From NCBI GenBank assembly GCA_003561535.1, contig PWWI01000002.1, forward strand, positions 43 to 64,042: 64,000 nucleotides of DNA, written 5' to 3'. Positions 1-8,680 of this stretch are shown here, one piece after another (positions within the stretch are counted from its first letter, which is position 1; each line of letters opens with the position of its first letter). Source of the stretch: Nitriliruptoraceae bacterium (GTDB lineage: Bacteria > Actinomycetota > Nitriliruptoria > Nitriliruptorales > Nitriliruptoraceae). The position numbers were made by a program, and so were the translations under genes. The notes beneath the pieces were generated by a model that did not search any database, was not told the DNA's origin, and saw nothing but the letters and a program-made list of their open reading frames with translations.

Positions 1-471
1 CTGCTGATCCTCGACGAGCCGACCAGCGGGCTCGACCCGCTGCTCCAGCACGAGTTCCTGGCGATGGTCCGGGAGGCCCGCGAGGACGGTGCGACCGTGT
101 TCATGTCCTCCCACGTGCTCAGCGAGGTCGAGGTCATCGCCGAGCGCGTCGCCATCGTGCGGGCTGGCCGCATCGTCGACCTCGACGACGTGGAGACGCT
201 CCGTCACCACGCCGGTCAGCGCGTCGAGCTGCACTTCGCCGACCCGGTCGAGGCCGCAGCCTTCGACGGCCTCCCCGGCATCAGTGACGTCGAGGTGGCC
301 GACCACCACCTCACCTGTCTGCTGCGTGGCGAGCCCGACCAGCTGCTCAAGGCGGCCGCGGGCTTCCACGTCACCCGCTGGTCCGCCGAGGACCGCGAGC
401 TCGAGGACCTGTTCCTCGACCACTACCGGATGCCCGTGACCGAGGAGGAGGTGGCCGACGATGGCTGCTGA
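1..471 (+). CDS. ABC transporter ATP-binding protein, 5'-truncated by window edge
   Basis: Frame 1 reads LLILDEPTSGLDP (Walker B/D-loop) from base 1, then MSSHVLSEV (H-loop). Stop at 469-471. Confidence 0.9.
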   Translation: MLILDEPTSGLDPLLQHEFLAMVREAREDGATVFMSSHVLSEVEVIAERVAIVRAGRIVDLDDVETLRHHAGQRVELHFADPVEAAAFDGLPGISDVEVADHHLTCLLRGEPDQLLKAAAGFHVTRWSAEDRELEDLFLDHYRMPVTEEEVADDGC

Positions 472-1438
472 CCGCACCGCGACCGGATCGTCGGCCATGG
501 GTCCCGACGCCACCACGCCGGGCGCGTCCGCCACCTCGCCGTCCGCCTCCTCTGGGACCCGAGGGGACGCGCCAGCGGCGTCGCCCCCCGGCGGGGTGCC
601 GGAGGTCGCCGGTGCCCGTCCGCCGGTGTCGCTGCCGTCGGCGGGGGCCTTCCCGGTGCTGCGTTGGGTCCTCCGCGTCCAGCTGCGGGCGCTGCTCGGC
701 TGGGGCGTGGCGCTGGCGGCCGTCAGCGCGTTGTACGTCAGCTTCTGGCCGGCGATGGGTGACACCGCGGAGATGCAGGCGCTGGTCGACAGCATGCCCG
801 AGGCGCTGGTGACCGCGATGGGCTACGACGCCATCGGCTCGCCGGCCGGCTACCTCGAGAGCACCGTGTACGCCCTGCTCGCTCCGATCCTGATGCTGGT
901 CTTCGCCCTGGGGCTGGCTGCTCGGCTCATCGCGGGCGAGGAGGAGGCCGGCGTGCTCGAGCTCGAGGCCACCAGCACCGTCGGGCGCACCCGGCTGCTG
1001 CTGGAGCGCTACCTCGCGCTGGTGCTCGGCGTGGTGTGGTTGGCGGTGCTGGTCGGTGCGGTCTCGCTGGGCCTCGCCCGGGCGCTCGGCATGGACATCG
1101 CCACCGGGCCGCTGCTCGGCGCGACCATCGGGCTGCTGCTGCTCGTGCTGGCGCTCGGGAGCGTGACCTTCGCCGTCGGGGCCGCCACGGGTCGTCGGGC
1201 GCTGGCGCTCGCGGTGGGTGCCGCAGTGGCCGTGCTCGCCTACGTGGCCAACGCGCTGGCGCCGCTGCTCGACGACGGCGCCTGGCTCGAACGACTGTCG
1301 CCCTTCCACTGGTACCTCGGGAACGACCCGCTCAACGAGGGGCTCGGGTTGCCCGGTGCGGCGGCGCTGGTCGTGCTGGCGCTGGTCAGCCTGGTCGCCG
1401 CCGTGGTGGCCTACGACCGTCGCGACCTGGGGGTGTGA
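461..1438 (+). CDS. ABC-2 type transporter permease
   Basis: 325-aa ORF overlaps the ATPase stop by 11 nt. It has multiple hydrophobic helices after a Pro/Ala-rich N-terminus. An alternative start is at 497. Confidence 0.75.
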   Translation: MAADRTATGSSAMGPDATTPGASATSPSASSGTRGDAPAASPPGGVPEVAGARPPVSLPSAGAFPVLRWVLRVQLRALLGWGVALAAVSALYVSFWPAMGDTAEMQALVDSMPEALVTAMGYDAIGSPAGYLESTVYALLAPILMLVFALGLAARLIAGEEEAGVLELEATSTVGRTRLLLERYLALVLGVVWLAVLVGAVSLGLARALGMDIATGPLLGATIGLLLLVLALGSVTFAVGAATGRRALALAVGAAVAVLAYVANALAPLLDDGAWLERLSPFHWYLGNDPLNEGLGLPGAAALVVLALVSLVAAVVAYDRRDLGV

Positions 1439-1549
1439 CCGGCGCCGCCGCCGTGGTGGCCTACGACCGCCGCGACCTGGGGTGTGACCGGCGCCGCCGC
1501 CGTGGTGGCCTACGACCGCCGCGACCTGGGGGTGTGACCGGCGCCGCCG
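1397..1549. repeat. ~50-bp tandem repeat x3 that re-copies the last ~14 codons plus stop codon of the permease gene
   Basis: gccgccgtggtggcctacgaccg(t/c)cgcgacctgggg(g)tgtgaccggc occurs at about 1397, 1447 and 1496. Copy 2 has a 1-nt deletion. Confidence 0.9.
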
Positions 1550-1604
1550 GAGTTGCTCGCGCACCGTGGCAGGGACAGGTCCCCGCGAGGTGCGCGAGCA
1601 ACCC

Positions 1605-1722
1605 GCGGATGCCGCCCGTGGCCGCCCGTGGCCGCCCGCGGATGCCGCCGATGCCGCCCGCGGATGCCGCCGATGCCGCCCGTGGCCGCGACGCGGACGC
1701 GACGTGGACGCGACGCGCGGAC
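1605..1722. repeat. Compound short tandem repeats (gccgcccgtg; 24-bp gcggatgccgccgatgccgcccgc; gacgcgac-type)
   Basis: Read directly in the intergenic region upstream of the acyl-CoA synthetase gene. Confidence 0.7.
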
Positions 1723-1796
1723 ACTCGTGCACGCCCGGGCTTGACCTGGCCGCTCCGCTCGGCTGTGCTGCGGGCAATCGAGCGGAGGGAGACCGC

Positions 1797-3659
1797 ATGT
1801 CGGAGCAGCTGATGGGAGTGCGCGAGGAACTGCTCGCGCGGACCGAGGGTCGCACCCTGTTGGACGTGTTCGCTGCGACCTGCGATGCGAACTGGAACCG
1901 GCCGGCCCTGGTGATCAAGGAGGGCGACGGTTTCCGGACGCTGACCTGGGGGGAGTACCGCACCCAGGCCAGTCACGTCGCCATGGCGTTGCGCGGCTAC
2001 GGCGTCCGGCACGGGGACCACGTCGCCCTGATGATGACCAACCGCCCTGAGCACGTCGTCGCCGACGTGGGCGCCCTGATGGCGGGGGGCGTCCCGGTGT
2101 CGGTGTACAACACCCTCGCCACCGACCAGATCCGCTACATCGCGGAGAACTGCGCGGCCAAGGTCGCGATCGTCGAGGATGCTGCGTTCCTCGCCACGTG
2201 GGACGCCGTGCGGGAGCAGCTCCCCGCGCTGGAGGTGTTGGTCGTGGTCGACCCGACGGGTGTCGACGTCGACGGCCGCGACGACGTCATCACCTACGCC
2301 GAGCTGCTGGAACGGGGCGAGCGCGCCCTGGAGACCGGGCACGGGGAGCTCGAGAACAGCTGGCGTGGCGTCACCCCCGACGACGCGGTGACCCTGATCT
2401 ACACCTCCGGCACGACGGGGCCGCCGAAGGGCGTGGTGATCACCCACAAGGCACTGCTCTACCAGCTGGCCGTGGTGATGGACCTACTGGACATCCAGGC
2501 CGGCAACCGCGGGGTGTCGTACCTGCCGCTGGCCCACGTCGCCGAGCGCATGACGACCCACTACGTCGGGATCCGGGCCGGGGGCACGATCTACTTCGTC
2601 AAGGACGTCGCCGAGGTGCTGCCCACCCTGCAGGAGGCCCGGCCCAACATCTTCATGGCCGTGCCCCGGGTGTGGGAGAAGATGCACACCCGGATCATGG
2701 GCAAGATCCACGAGACCGAGAACGAGCGCCGGCGCAAGCTGGCGCTCAAGGCCGTCGAGGTGGGCAAGGAGAAGGTCCGCGCGGAGCTGGCCGGCCGCAC
2801 CCCGCCGCTGAAGATCCGGCTGCAGCACGCGGTGTTCGACAAGCTCGTGTTCTCCAAGATCCGTGACGGCCTCGGTCTGGACGAGCTGCGCTACGCCCTC
2901 TCGGGTGCCGCCCCCATCAGCGCGGACCTGCTGACCTTCTTCACCGCCATCGGCATCGAGATCCTCGAGGTCTACGGGATGACCGAGTCCACGGCGGTCA
3001 TCACCGCCAACACGCCGGGCAACGTGCGGATCGGCACCGTCGGTACCCCCCTGCCCGGCATCGAGGTCCGGATCGCCGAGGACGGGGAGCTGCTCGCCCG
3101 TGGGCCGATCATCACCACCGGCTACCTGAACCGTCCCGAGGCCACGGCCGAGGCGATCGACGCCGACGGATGGCTGCACACCGGTGACCTGGCCACCATG
3201 GATGGCGACGAGTACGTGCGCATCGTGGGTCGCAAGAAGGAACTGATCATCACCGCGGGCGGCAAGAACCTCTCGCCCAACAACATCGAGGAGTCCATCA
3301 AGCAACGCTCGGCGCTCATCGCCCAGCTGTGCGCCGTCGGCGACGAGCGGCCCTTCGTCTCGGCGCTGGTCGTGCTCGATGCGGAGGCCCTGCCTGGCTG
3401 GGCCGAGTCCCAGGGGTTGAGCTTCGGCTCGGTCGCCGAGGCGGCTCAGCACCCGAAGGTGCTGGCCGAGATCCAGCAGGCGATCGACGCCGGCAACGCC
3501 GAGCTCGCCCGGGTGGAGCAGGTCCGCAAGTGGGCCATCGTGCCGGCGGAGTGGACGGCGGAGTCCGAGGAGCTGACCCCGTCGCTGAAGCTCAAGCGCA
3601 ACGTGATACACACCAAGTACTCCGACGTGATCGACGGCCTGTACACCCAGACCGGCTGA
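1797..3659 (+). CDS. Long-chain fatty-acid--CoA ligase (AMP-forming acyl-CoA synthetase)
   Basis: AMP-binding motif LIYTSGTTGPPKGV. GYLNRPEAT and TGDL...GRKKELI motifs. ATG at 1797 follows GGAGGGAG. The upstream part of ORF 1566-3659 lies in repeats. Confidence 0.9.
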   Translation: MSEQLMGVREELLARTEGRTLLDVFAATCDANWNRPALVIKEGDGFRTLTWGEYRTQASHVAMALRGYGVRHGDHVALMMTNRPEHVVADVGALMAGGVPVSVYNTLATDQIRYIAENCAAKVAIVEDAAFLATWDAVREQLPALEVLVVVDPTGVDVDGRDDVITYAELLERGERALETGHGELENSWRGVTPDDAVTLIYTSGTTGPPKGVVITHKALLYQLAVVMDLLDIQAGNRGVSYLPLAHVAERMTTHYVGIRAGGTIYFVKDVAEVLPTLQEARPNIFMAVPRVWEKMHTRIMGKIHETENERRRKLALKAVEVGKEKVRAELAGRTPPLKIRLQHAVFDKLVFSKIRDGLGLDELRYALSGAAPISADLLTFFTAIGIEILEVYGMTESTAVITANTPGNVRIGTVGTPLPGIEVRIAEDGELLARGPIITTGYLNRPEATAEAIDADGWLHTGDLATMDGDEYVRIVGRKKELIITAGGKNLSPNNIEESIKQRSALIAQLCAVGDERPFVSALVVLDAEALPGWAESQGLSFGSVAEAAQHPKVLAEIQQAIDAGNAELARVEQVRKWAIVPAEWTAESEELTPSLKLKRNVIHTKYSDVIDGLYTQTG

Positions 3660-3686
3660 GCCGCGCCGGGTCCCCGATCATGCAGC

Positions 3687-3713
3687 GAGCCCCGCCGAGG
3701 TACGGCGGGGCTC
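3687..3713. terminator. 11-bp GC-rich stem / 5-nt loop hairpin between convergent genes
   Basis: gagccccgccg-aggta-cggcggggctc. It lies between the acyl-CoA ligase stop (3659) and the cspA stop (3782). There is no clear U-tract. Confidence 0.5.
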
Positions 3714-3781
3714 GTCTCGATCCTGGTGTCCGTCGGGCCCTAGAGCTGTCCGAACCTCACGATCGGGTGCGCATCGTCACC

Positions 3782-3985
3782 TCAGAGAGGGGTGACCTCG
3801 GTCGCCTGCGGGCCCTTCTGGCCCTGACCGACGTTGAAGCTGACGCGCTGACCATCGTCCAGGGACTTGTAGCCCTCGGACTGGATCGCGGAAAAGTGCA
3901 CGAACAGGTCGTCGCCGCCGTCCTCGGGCTGGATGAAACCGAAGCCCTTGTCGGCGTTGAACCACTTAACGGTACCTTCTGGCAT
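3782..3985 (-). CDS. cspA: Cold-shock protein (CspA family)
   Basis: [35 protein letters not shown]... contains the RNP1/RNP2 motifs. 67 aa. ATG at 3985 follows AGGGA. Confidence 0.95.
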   Translation of the reverse strand: MPEGTVKWFNADKGFGFIQPEDGGDDLFVHFSAIQSEGYKSLDDGQRVSFNVGQGQKGPQATEVTPL

Positions 3986-4215
3986 GAATTCGTCCCTATC
4001 TAGACGCACTGCGGTGCGGGCTGCCCCAAGGAAGATGGGGACGAGTAGACCCGACGCGGTGCGGTGGAGGTGACACCGTACAGGTCCTCGAGCCGGCCAC
4101 GAGCAAGTGGCCCCGGTAGAGCGGCCACCGCTCACCCGGTCGAGGTGCCCGAACCGGCCCTCCCCACCCTGGTGCGCGTCGGATCGGGGCACGATCAGGT
4201 GATCACGGAGGTGCC

Positions 4216-5031
4216 ATGCTCGCGACCATCGGCCGGATCCTGCTGGCAGTGGGCGGGGCATGGCTCGCCCTGGTGCTCCTCGCTGCGGTGTTCCAGCGGC
4301 AGCTGATCTACCTCCCGGACACCACCGACCCCCAACCACCCGCGGACGTCGAGGTGGTGGCGCTGACGACCGAGGACGGGCTGGAGTTGACCGCCTGGTA
4401 CCTCGCCCCCGACGCCGAGCCGGTCACCACGGTCCTGCTGGCTCCCGGCAACGCCGGGAACCGCGCTGGTCGGGTCCCCACCGCCCGCGCCCTCAACGAG
4501 CGGGGTCACGCCGTCCTGCTGCTCGAGCCCCGTGGGTACGGCGGGAACCCGGGACGCCCCAGCGAGGAGGGCTTGGTGGCCGATGCCCGGGCGGCCCGCG
4601 ACCACCTCGATGTCCGTGCCGACGTCGAGGTGGCACGCATCGCCTACCTCGGTGAGTCGATCGGCAGCGCGGTCGTCGCCGCGCTGGCAGCCGAGCGTCC
4701 CCCGGCAGCCCTGGTGCTGCGCTCGCCCTTCCCCGAGCTGGCCGATGTCGGCCGGGCCGCCTACCCGTTCCTTCCGATCCGGACCCTGCTGCGACACCGC
4801 CACCCGACCTCCGAGTACCTGGAGGGCTACGACGGACCGGTGCTGGTGGTGGCGGGTGACGCCGACCGCATCGTGCCGACGAGGCTGTCCCGTGAGGTGG
4901 CGCGTCGGGCCGACGCGACGCTGGTCGAGATCCCCGGTGCCGGCCACAACGATGCCGCGCTGTTCGTCGGCGAGGCGTTCATCGACGCGGTCGACGACCA
5001 CCTGCGCGCGGCGGTCGCCGACCTCGGCTGA
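4216..5031 (+). CDS. Alpha/beta hydrolase
   Basis: N-terminal TM helix. GESIGS nucleophile elbow, AGDADRIVP (Asp) and GAGHND (His). GGAGG lies 4 nt before the ATG. Confidence 0.8.
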   Translation: MLATIGRILLAVGGAWLALVLLAAVFQRQLIYLPDTTDPQPPADVEVVALTTEDGLELTAWYLAPDAEPVTTVLLAPGNAGNRAGRVPTARALNERGHAVLLLEPRGYGGNPGRPSEEGLVADARAARDHLDVRADVEVARIAYLGESIGSAVVAALAAERPPAALVLRSPFPELADVGRAAYPFLPIRTLLRHRHPTSEYLEGYDGPVLVVAGDADRIVPTRLSREVARRADATLVEIPGAGHNDAALFVGEAFIDAVDDHLRAAVADLG

Positions 5032-5052
5032 GCGAGCCGGCCGGCCTCACCG

Positions 5053-6444
5053 TCAGAACAGGTCGGTGAACCCCCGGCTGACGTGGCCGGTCAGGCGGCG
5101 GTGCATCCGCGCCGCGGAGTCGTCGGTCATCGCCACGATGTGATCGGCGATGATGCGCAGCACCTCCGGCTCCGCGTCCACCCGGTCCGTCGCCTCGAGC
5201 AGCTGGCGCAGATCGACCTGTAGGTGCCGGGGGAACAGCGAGGTGTCCCCGCGTCCACGGTGCACCGTGGCGGCGTGGAGTTCGAACAGTTCCCTGACCA
5301 CCCGACGCTGACCGTGCTGGTAGGTGGCCATCCGTGGGTGCTCGATCACGAAGATCCACAGCAGATCCCGCAGCACATCGTTCATCAGCCGGGCGTCGCG
5401 GGGGATGACGAGATCGTTCTCGTGGCGCCGGGTCGGTGCGGACGGGTCGCGCACGGTCACCGAGTGCACCAACCGGTCGATCAGGCGCTTGCGCATGGTC
5501 CGCATGGCCTGTCGGGACTCGCCCGAGCCATCGAACTCCCCCGACAGCGACCGGAACCCCTCGAAGGGACCGTCGCGTTCGGTGAACAGCTCCTCGAAGG
5601 CGGCGGTGAGGTCGGCGCCGGTGTAGCGGGCCGGATCGTCGCTCGGGCCGGTGGCGAGCTTGCCGCGTGCCGAACGCCGGGCGACCAGCTGCGCGGCCAT
5701 GCGCTCCCGGGCCTCGGCGGACTGGGTGAGCAGCGCCAGGGGCAGGGAGCCGGCGAGGTAGAAGTCCTCGATGTCGTGCACGGAGTAGGACACGTCGTCA
5801 GCCCACTCCATGACCTGGGTCTCGAAGCTCTGGGTGTGACGGCGATGCTCGGGCACCCCGTCACGGACCCATGCCGCCAGCTCCCGCTCGGTGGGGTAGA
5901 AGCACCACTTCGTGTCGCTGACCTCGCCACGCTCCCAGGGGTACTTCACGGCCGCATCCATCGTGGCGCGGGTCAGGTTCAGCCCGGGCTGGGTGCCGTA
6001 GCCGTACAGCCGGGCGCCGACGAGCCGGAAGGTCTCCGCGTTGCCCTCGAACCCGCCCACCTCGGCGGGGTCCAGCCCCCAGGCCCGGGCGGTGTCATCG
6101 ATCGCCGCCGACAGCTCCTCCTCACCGATGTGGCCGAAGGGGGCGTGGCCGAAGTCGTGCATGATCGCGGCGGCCTCGACCAGGTCGGGGTGCGCGCCGA
6201 GCTTCCACCCCAGCCGCCGTGCGAGCTGGGCGACCTCGATGGTGTGGGTCAGGCGGGTGCGGAAGAAGTCGGCCTCACCGGGGGCGACCACGCCGGTCTT
6301 GCCCTGCAGGCGGCGGAAGGCGGTGGTGTGCACCAGCCGGTCGTAGTCTCGGGCGAAGGGGTTGCGGTAGTCGTCCGGATCCTCGCGGCCGGGGGGGCGT
6401 GCCGTGTCGTGTTCGGAGTAGCCGTCCGCCCGGGGGTCCGACAC
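5053..6444 (-). CDS. dgt: dGTP triphosphohydrolase-like HD-domain protein
   Basis: FRRLQGKTGV, THTIEVAQLAR, HDFGHAPFGHIGEE and WADDVSYSVHDIED motifs typical of the Dgt family. Confidence 0.85.
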   Translation of the reverse strand: MSDPRADGYSEHDTARPPGREDPDDYRNPFARDYDRLVHTTAFRRLQGKTGVVAPGEADFFRTRLTHTIEVAQLARRLGWKLGAHPDLVEAAAIMHDFGHAPFGHIGEEELSAAIDDTARAWGLDPAEVGGFEGNAETFRLVGARLYGYGTQPGLNLTRATMDAAVKYPWERGEVSDTKWCFYPTERELAAWVRDGVPEHRRHTQSFETQVMEWADDVSYSVHDIEDFYLAGSLPLALLTQSAEARERMAAQLVARRSARGKLATGPSDDPARYTGADLTAAFEELFTERDGPFEGFRSLSGEFDGSGESRQAMRTMRKRLIDRLVHSVTVRDPSAPTRRHENDLVIPRDARLMNDVLRDLLWIFVIEHPRMATYQHGQRRVVRELFELHAATVHRGRGDTSLFPRHLQVDLRQLLEATDRVDAEPEVLRIIADHIVAMTDDSAARMHRRLTGHVSRGFTDLF

Positions 6445-6479
6445 CTGCTGCCTCCTGTGCGCCTGGTCGTCCTGGCCGT

Positions 6480-7589
6480 TCAGGGTTCCTCTGGGTCTCG
6501 GTGGCCGAGGCTAGAGGCGCGGTGGGGCTGCAGGTAGGCGGCCAGCGCCTGCGCGGCCACCGCCGGTGGGTCCTGGCGGAGCGCGTACCGCGAACCACGG
6601 CCCTCCCCGCCGATCATCACCAGCCCGGCCTGCCGGAGGATCGACAGATGGTGGTGGGCGGTGGCCTTGGCGACGTCGAGCTCCGCCGTCGCTTCGGTGA
6701 GGCTGATCGGGCCACTGGACAGACGTCGCAGCAGGGTCAGACGGCTCTCGTCGGCCAGCGCCTTGAACAGCTTGAGCAACGCCGGCGAGGGGGCCTCCGG
6801 GGGGAGGATCAGGAACTCCTCCGCCACGACCGTGGTCAGCACCTCCGCATCGGCCCGGCGGCCGACCACCAGCCACGGTCGGATCCAGAAGCTGGGCAGC
6901 AGCACGATGCGGCGGACGGAGGGGTCCTCGGAGAGCTCGTAGCCGTTGGTGGCTGCCAGCACGATCTCGGCCACGGTCTTGCCCGCATCGATCTGGGACT
7001 GCCGGTACTCGACGTCACGGTTGATGGCGTGCATCGACTCGTGGGCGACGCTGTCCCACAGCGGCTGGACCGCCCGGATCGCCGCCAGGAGGCGCTGCCC
7101 GTGCTCCTCGGGGTCGGTGGCCAGCAGGGAGCTGACCTCGTCCGCGAGCTCGCTCGCGCACTCGAGGTCGTCGAGCAGGGTGGCCAGCGCCCCGTCCCGA
7201 CCGATGACCACGGCCTCCAACAGTTCGAGGTCAGGTCGCTGATCCTGGTGGGCGTGGTGGGCCAGCAGCAACCGCCATCCGAGGCCGGGGTCCGCCTCCA
7301 GCGCGGCGATCATCTCCTCCACCCCGGCGGGCTCCGGCAGGTCGGAGCCGAGGAGCGACAGGACGTGGAAGGAGACACCTGACCCGCCGTCGAGGGCTCG
7401 GAGCGCGGACAGGTGCTCCTCCGAGAGCTGGCCCCGCAGCTCCGCGAGGCGCTCGGGCCCGACGTCGTACTCCTCGGTGTCGTCGACCAGGACGCCGATC
7501 AGGCGGAGCAGTTCGGCGGCAGCGGATGCCCGGACCGACAGCTCGGGAGCGGCTGCGGGGTTCGTCGGACGCAGATCCTTGACGCGCAC
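6480..7589 (-). CDS. ArsR-family winged-HTH protein with long N-terminal domain (DUF5937-like)
   Basis: C-terminal LFKALADESRLTLLRRLSSGPISLTEATAELDVAKATAHHHLSILRQAGLV. GTG at 7589 follows GAGG. The track ORF extends to 7919, but that part looks non-coding. It ends 35 nt before the dgt start. Confidence 0.7.
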   Translation of the reverse strand: MRVKDLRPTNPAAAPELSVRASAAAELLRLIGVLVDDTEEYDVGPERLAELRGQLSEEHLSALRALDGGSGVSFHVLSLLGSDLPEPAGVEEMIAALEADPGLGWRLLLAHHAHQDQRPDLELLEAVVIGRDGALATLLDDLECASELADEVSSLLATDPEEHGQRLLAAIRAVQPLWDSVAHESMHAINRDVEYRQSQIDAGKTVAEIVLAATNGYELSEDPSVRRIVLLPSFWIRPWLVVGRRADAEVLTTVVAEEFLILPPEAPSPALLKLFKALADESRLTLLRRLSSGPISLTEATAELDVAKATAHHHLSILRQAGLVMIGGEGRGSRYALRQDPPAVAAQALAAYLQPHRASSLGHRDPEEP

Positions 7590-7784
7590 GGTCGACCTCG
7601 ACGTCCGGGACGGTGCGGCGCACCGTTCGATGAGTTTCGACCGGGGCACCCTACCGCTCCATCCGGTCCAGGTCGACCCACCTGCGACCTTCGGGCCCCA
7701 TGCTCCCTCCTCTCCGTTCGATGGAGCGACGTCACTGGGCCCATCCGATGTTCGCTGAAGAACGAACTTTCCATATCGAGAGGT

Positions 7785-7813
7785 TTGACGTACATCGAAT
7801 ACTATGGTTAGAT
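7785..7813 (+). promoter_or_regulatory. Candidate promoter in the most AT-rich patch of the window
   Basis: TTGACG-17 nt-TTAGAT, about 90 nt upstream of the small ORF at 7905. The -10 is a weak match. Confidence 0.3.
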
Positions 7814-7904
7814 GACCATCGTACGCAGCGGCCCCGCAGCGAGGACAGCGCCCCCGTTCCGGATCCCGCATCCGCTGCGAACACCCCACAAGGAGGTGAT
7901 CGAC

Positions 7905-8108
7905 ATGCTCGATCTCCACACATACCAGTCCCTGGCTCGCACCCGCATGGCCGAGGACGCGGAACGTGCCGCCAGGCGGCGCCTACGTCGGCACGTGGGT
8001 GGCAGCAGCCTCGCGCGGACGGCCCGTTCCTTGGCGGCCTTCGCCGACCGCCGGGTCCCATCCCGGCACGCCCGCGACGCGGGGTACGAGGTCGAGCGCG
8101 CCGCCTGA
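7905..8108 (+). CDS. Small arginine-rich hypothetical protein (67 aa)
   Basis: AAGGAGGTG lies 6 nt before the ATG at 7905. MLDLHTYQSLARTRMAEDAERAARRRLRRH... High GC3. Confidence 0.55.
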   Translation: MLDLHTYQSLARTRMAEDAERAARRRLRRHVGGSSLARTARSLAAFADRRVPSRHARDAGYEVERAA

Positions 8109-8401
8109 ACCGGCAGCCCGGACGCCCCCTCGCCGCCTAGCCGGAGCCACCCGAACCGACCCCTCGCGGCCCGCGACGCGGCCCCGATCACGAACGACCG
8201 TCCGGCCACTCCTCGGCCTCCCCCCGGGCCGAGCCCACCACCCACGGTCTCCCGCCCTTGCGGCTGGGAGGTTGCCGTGGGTGGTGGTCGTTGTGGCGTG
8301 GAGCCCCTGCCCCCCTGACGAGACCCGTGTCACGGTGGTGGGTGGCACGGGGCCCGCGCCGTCGGGCCCATCTCCCAGCGTGGCGATGCCAGGAGCCTGT
8401 C

Positions 8402-8554
8402 GTGGACGCCCCCTACATCCTGCAGATCGTCGTCCGGTCCCGTCGCGCAGAGCAGGCCCGCTGCGCTGAGCGCGACCGGCTGCGTCGAGCCTGGCACCGC
8501 CGCCATCGCCGCGATCGCCGCGAGCTGCACTCCGACAGCCGCCGCTCGGTCTGA
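8402..8554 (+). CDS. Candidate second small arginine-rich protein (50 aa), paralog-like to 7905-8108
   Basis: AGGAG lies 6 nt before the GTG at 8402. LQIVVRSRRAEQARCAERDRLRRA aligns with YQSLARTRMAEDAERAARRRLRRH (about 12/24 identical). The opposite strand is also open. Confidence 0.3.
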   Translation: MDAPYILQIVVRSRRAEQARCAERDRLRRAWHRRHRRDRRELHSDSRRSV

Positions 8555-8680
8555 CGCCCCCACCGTGCGCACGGGGTCGGCCGCGCCGGGTCCGTGCGCG
8601 CGATCGGGTCACGGGTCCTGGCGCGTGACTTCGGGGCCTCCCTGTCGTCCGAGGGGCGCCCCCCTCAGCCACGCGGCGTC

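Noticed and set aside
371-1963. Very long antisense or alternate-frame ORFs (e.g. 371-1963 -, 12860-14299 -, 17630-20008 +, 26829-28790 -, 29042-31411 -, 36048-37643 -, 49596-51830 -, 51740-53722 -)
   Set aside because: Each lies opposite to, or out of frame with, a gene that has clear family motifs. Their translations are Arg/Pro/Gly-rich with no motifs, which is typical of stop-codon scarcity in high-GC DNA.
7760-7771. Second SOS-box-like site GAACGAACTTTC in the AT-rich region upstream of the wHTH gene
   Set aside because: The right half is TTTC rather than GTTC, and the flanks do not match TCGAAC/GTTCGA, so it is probably chance.
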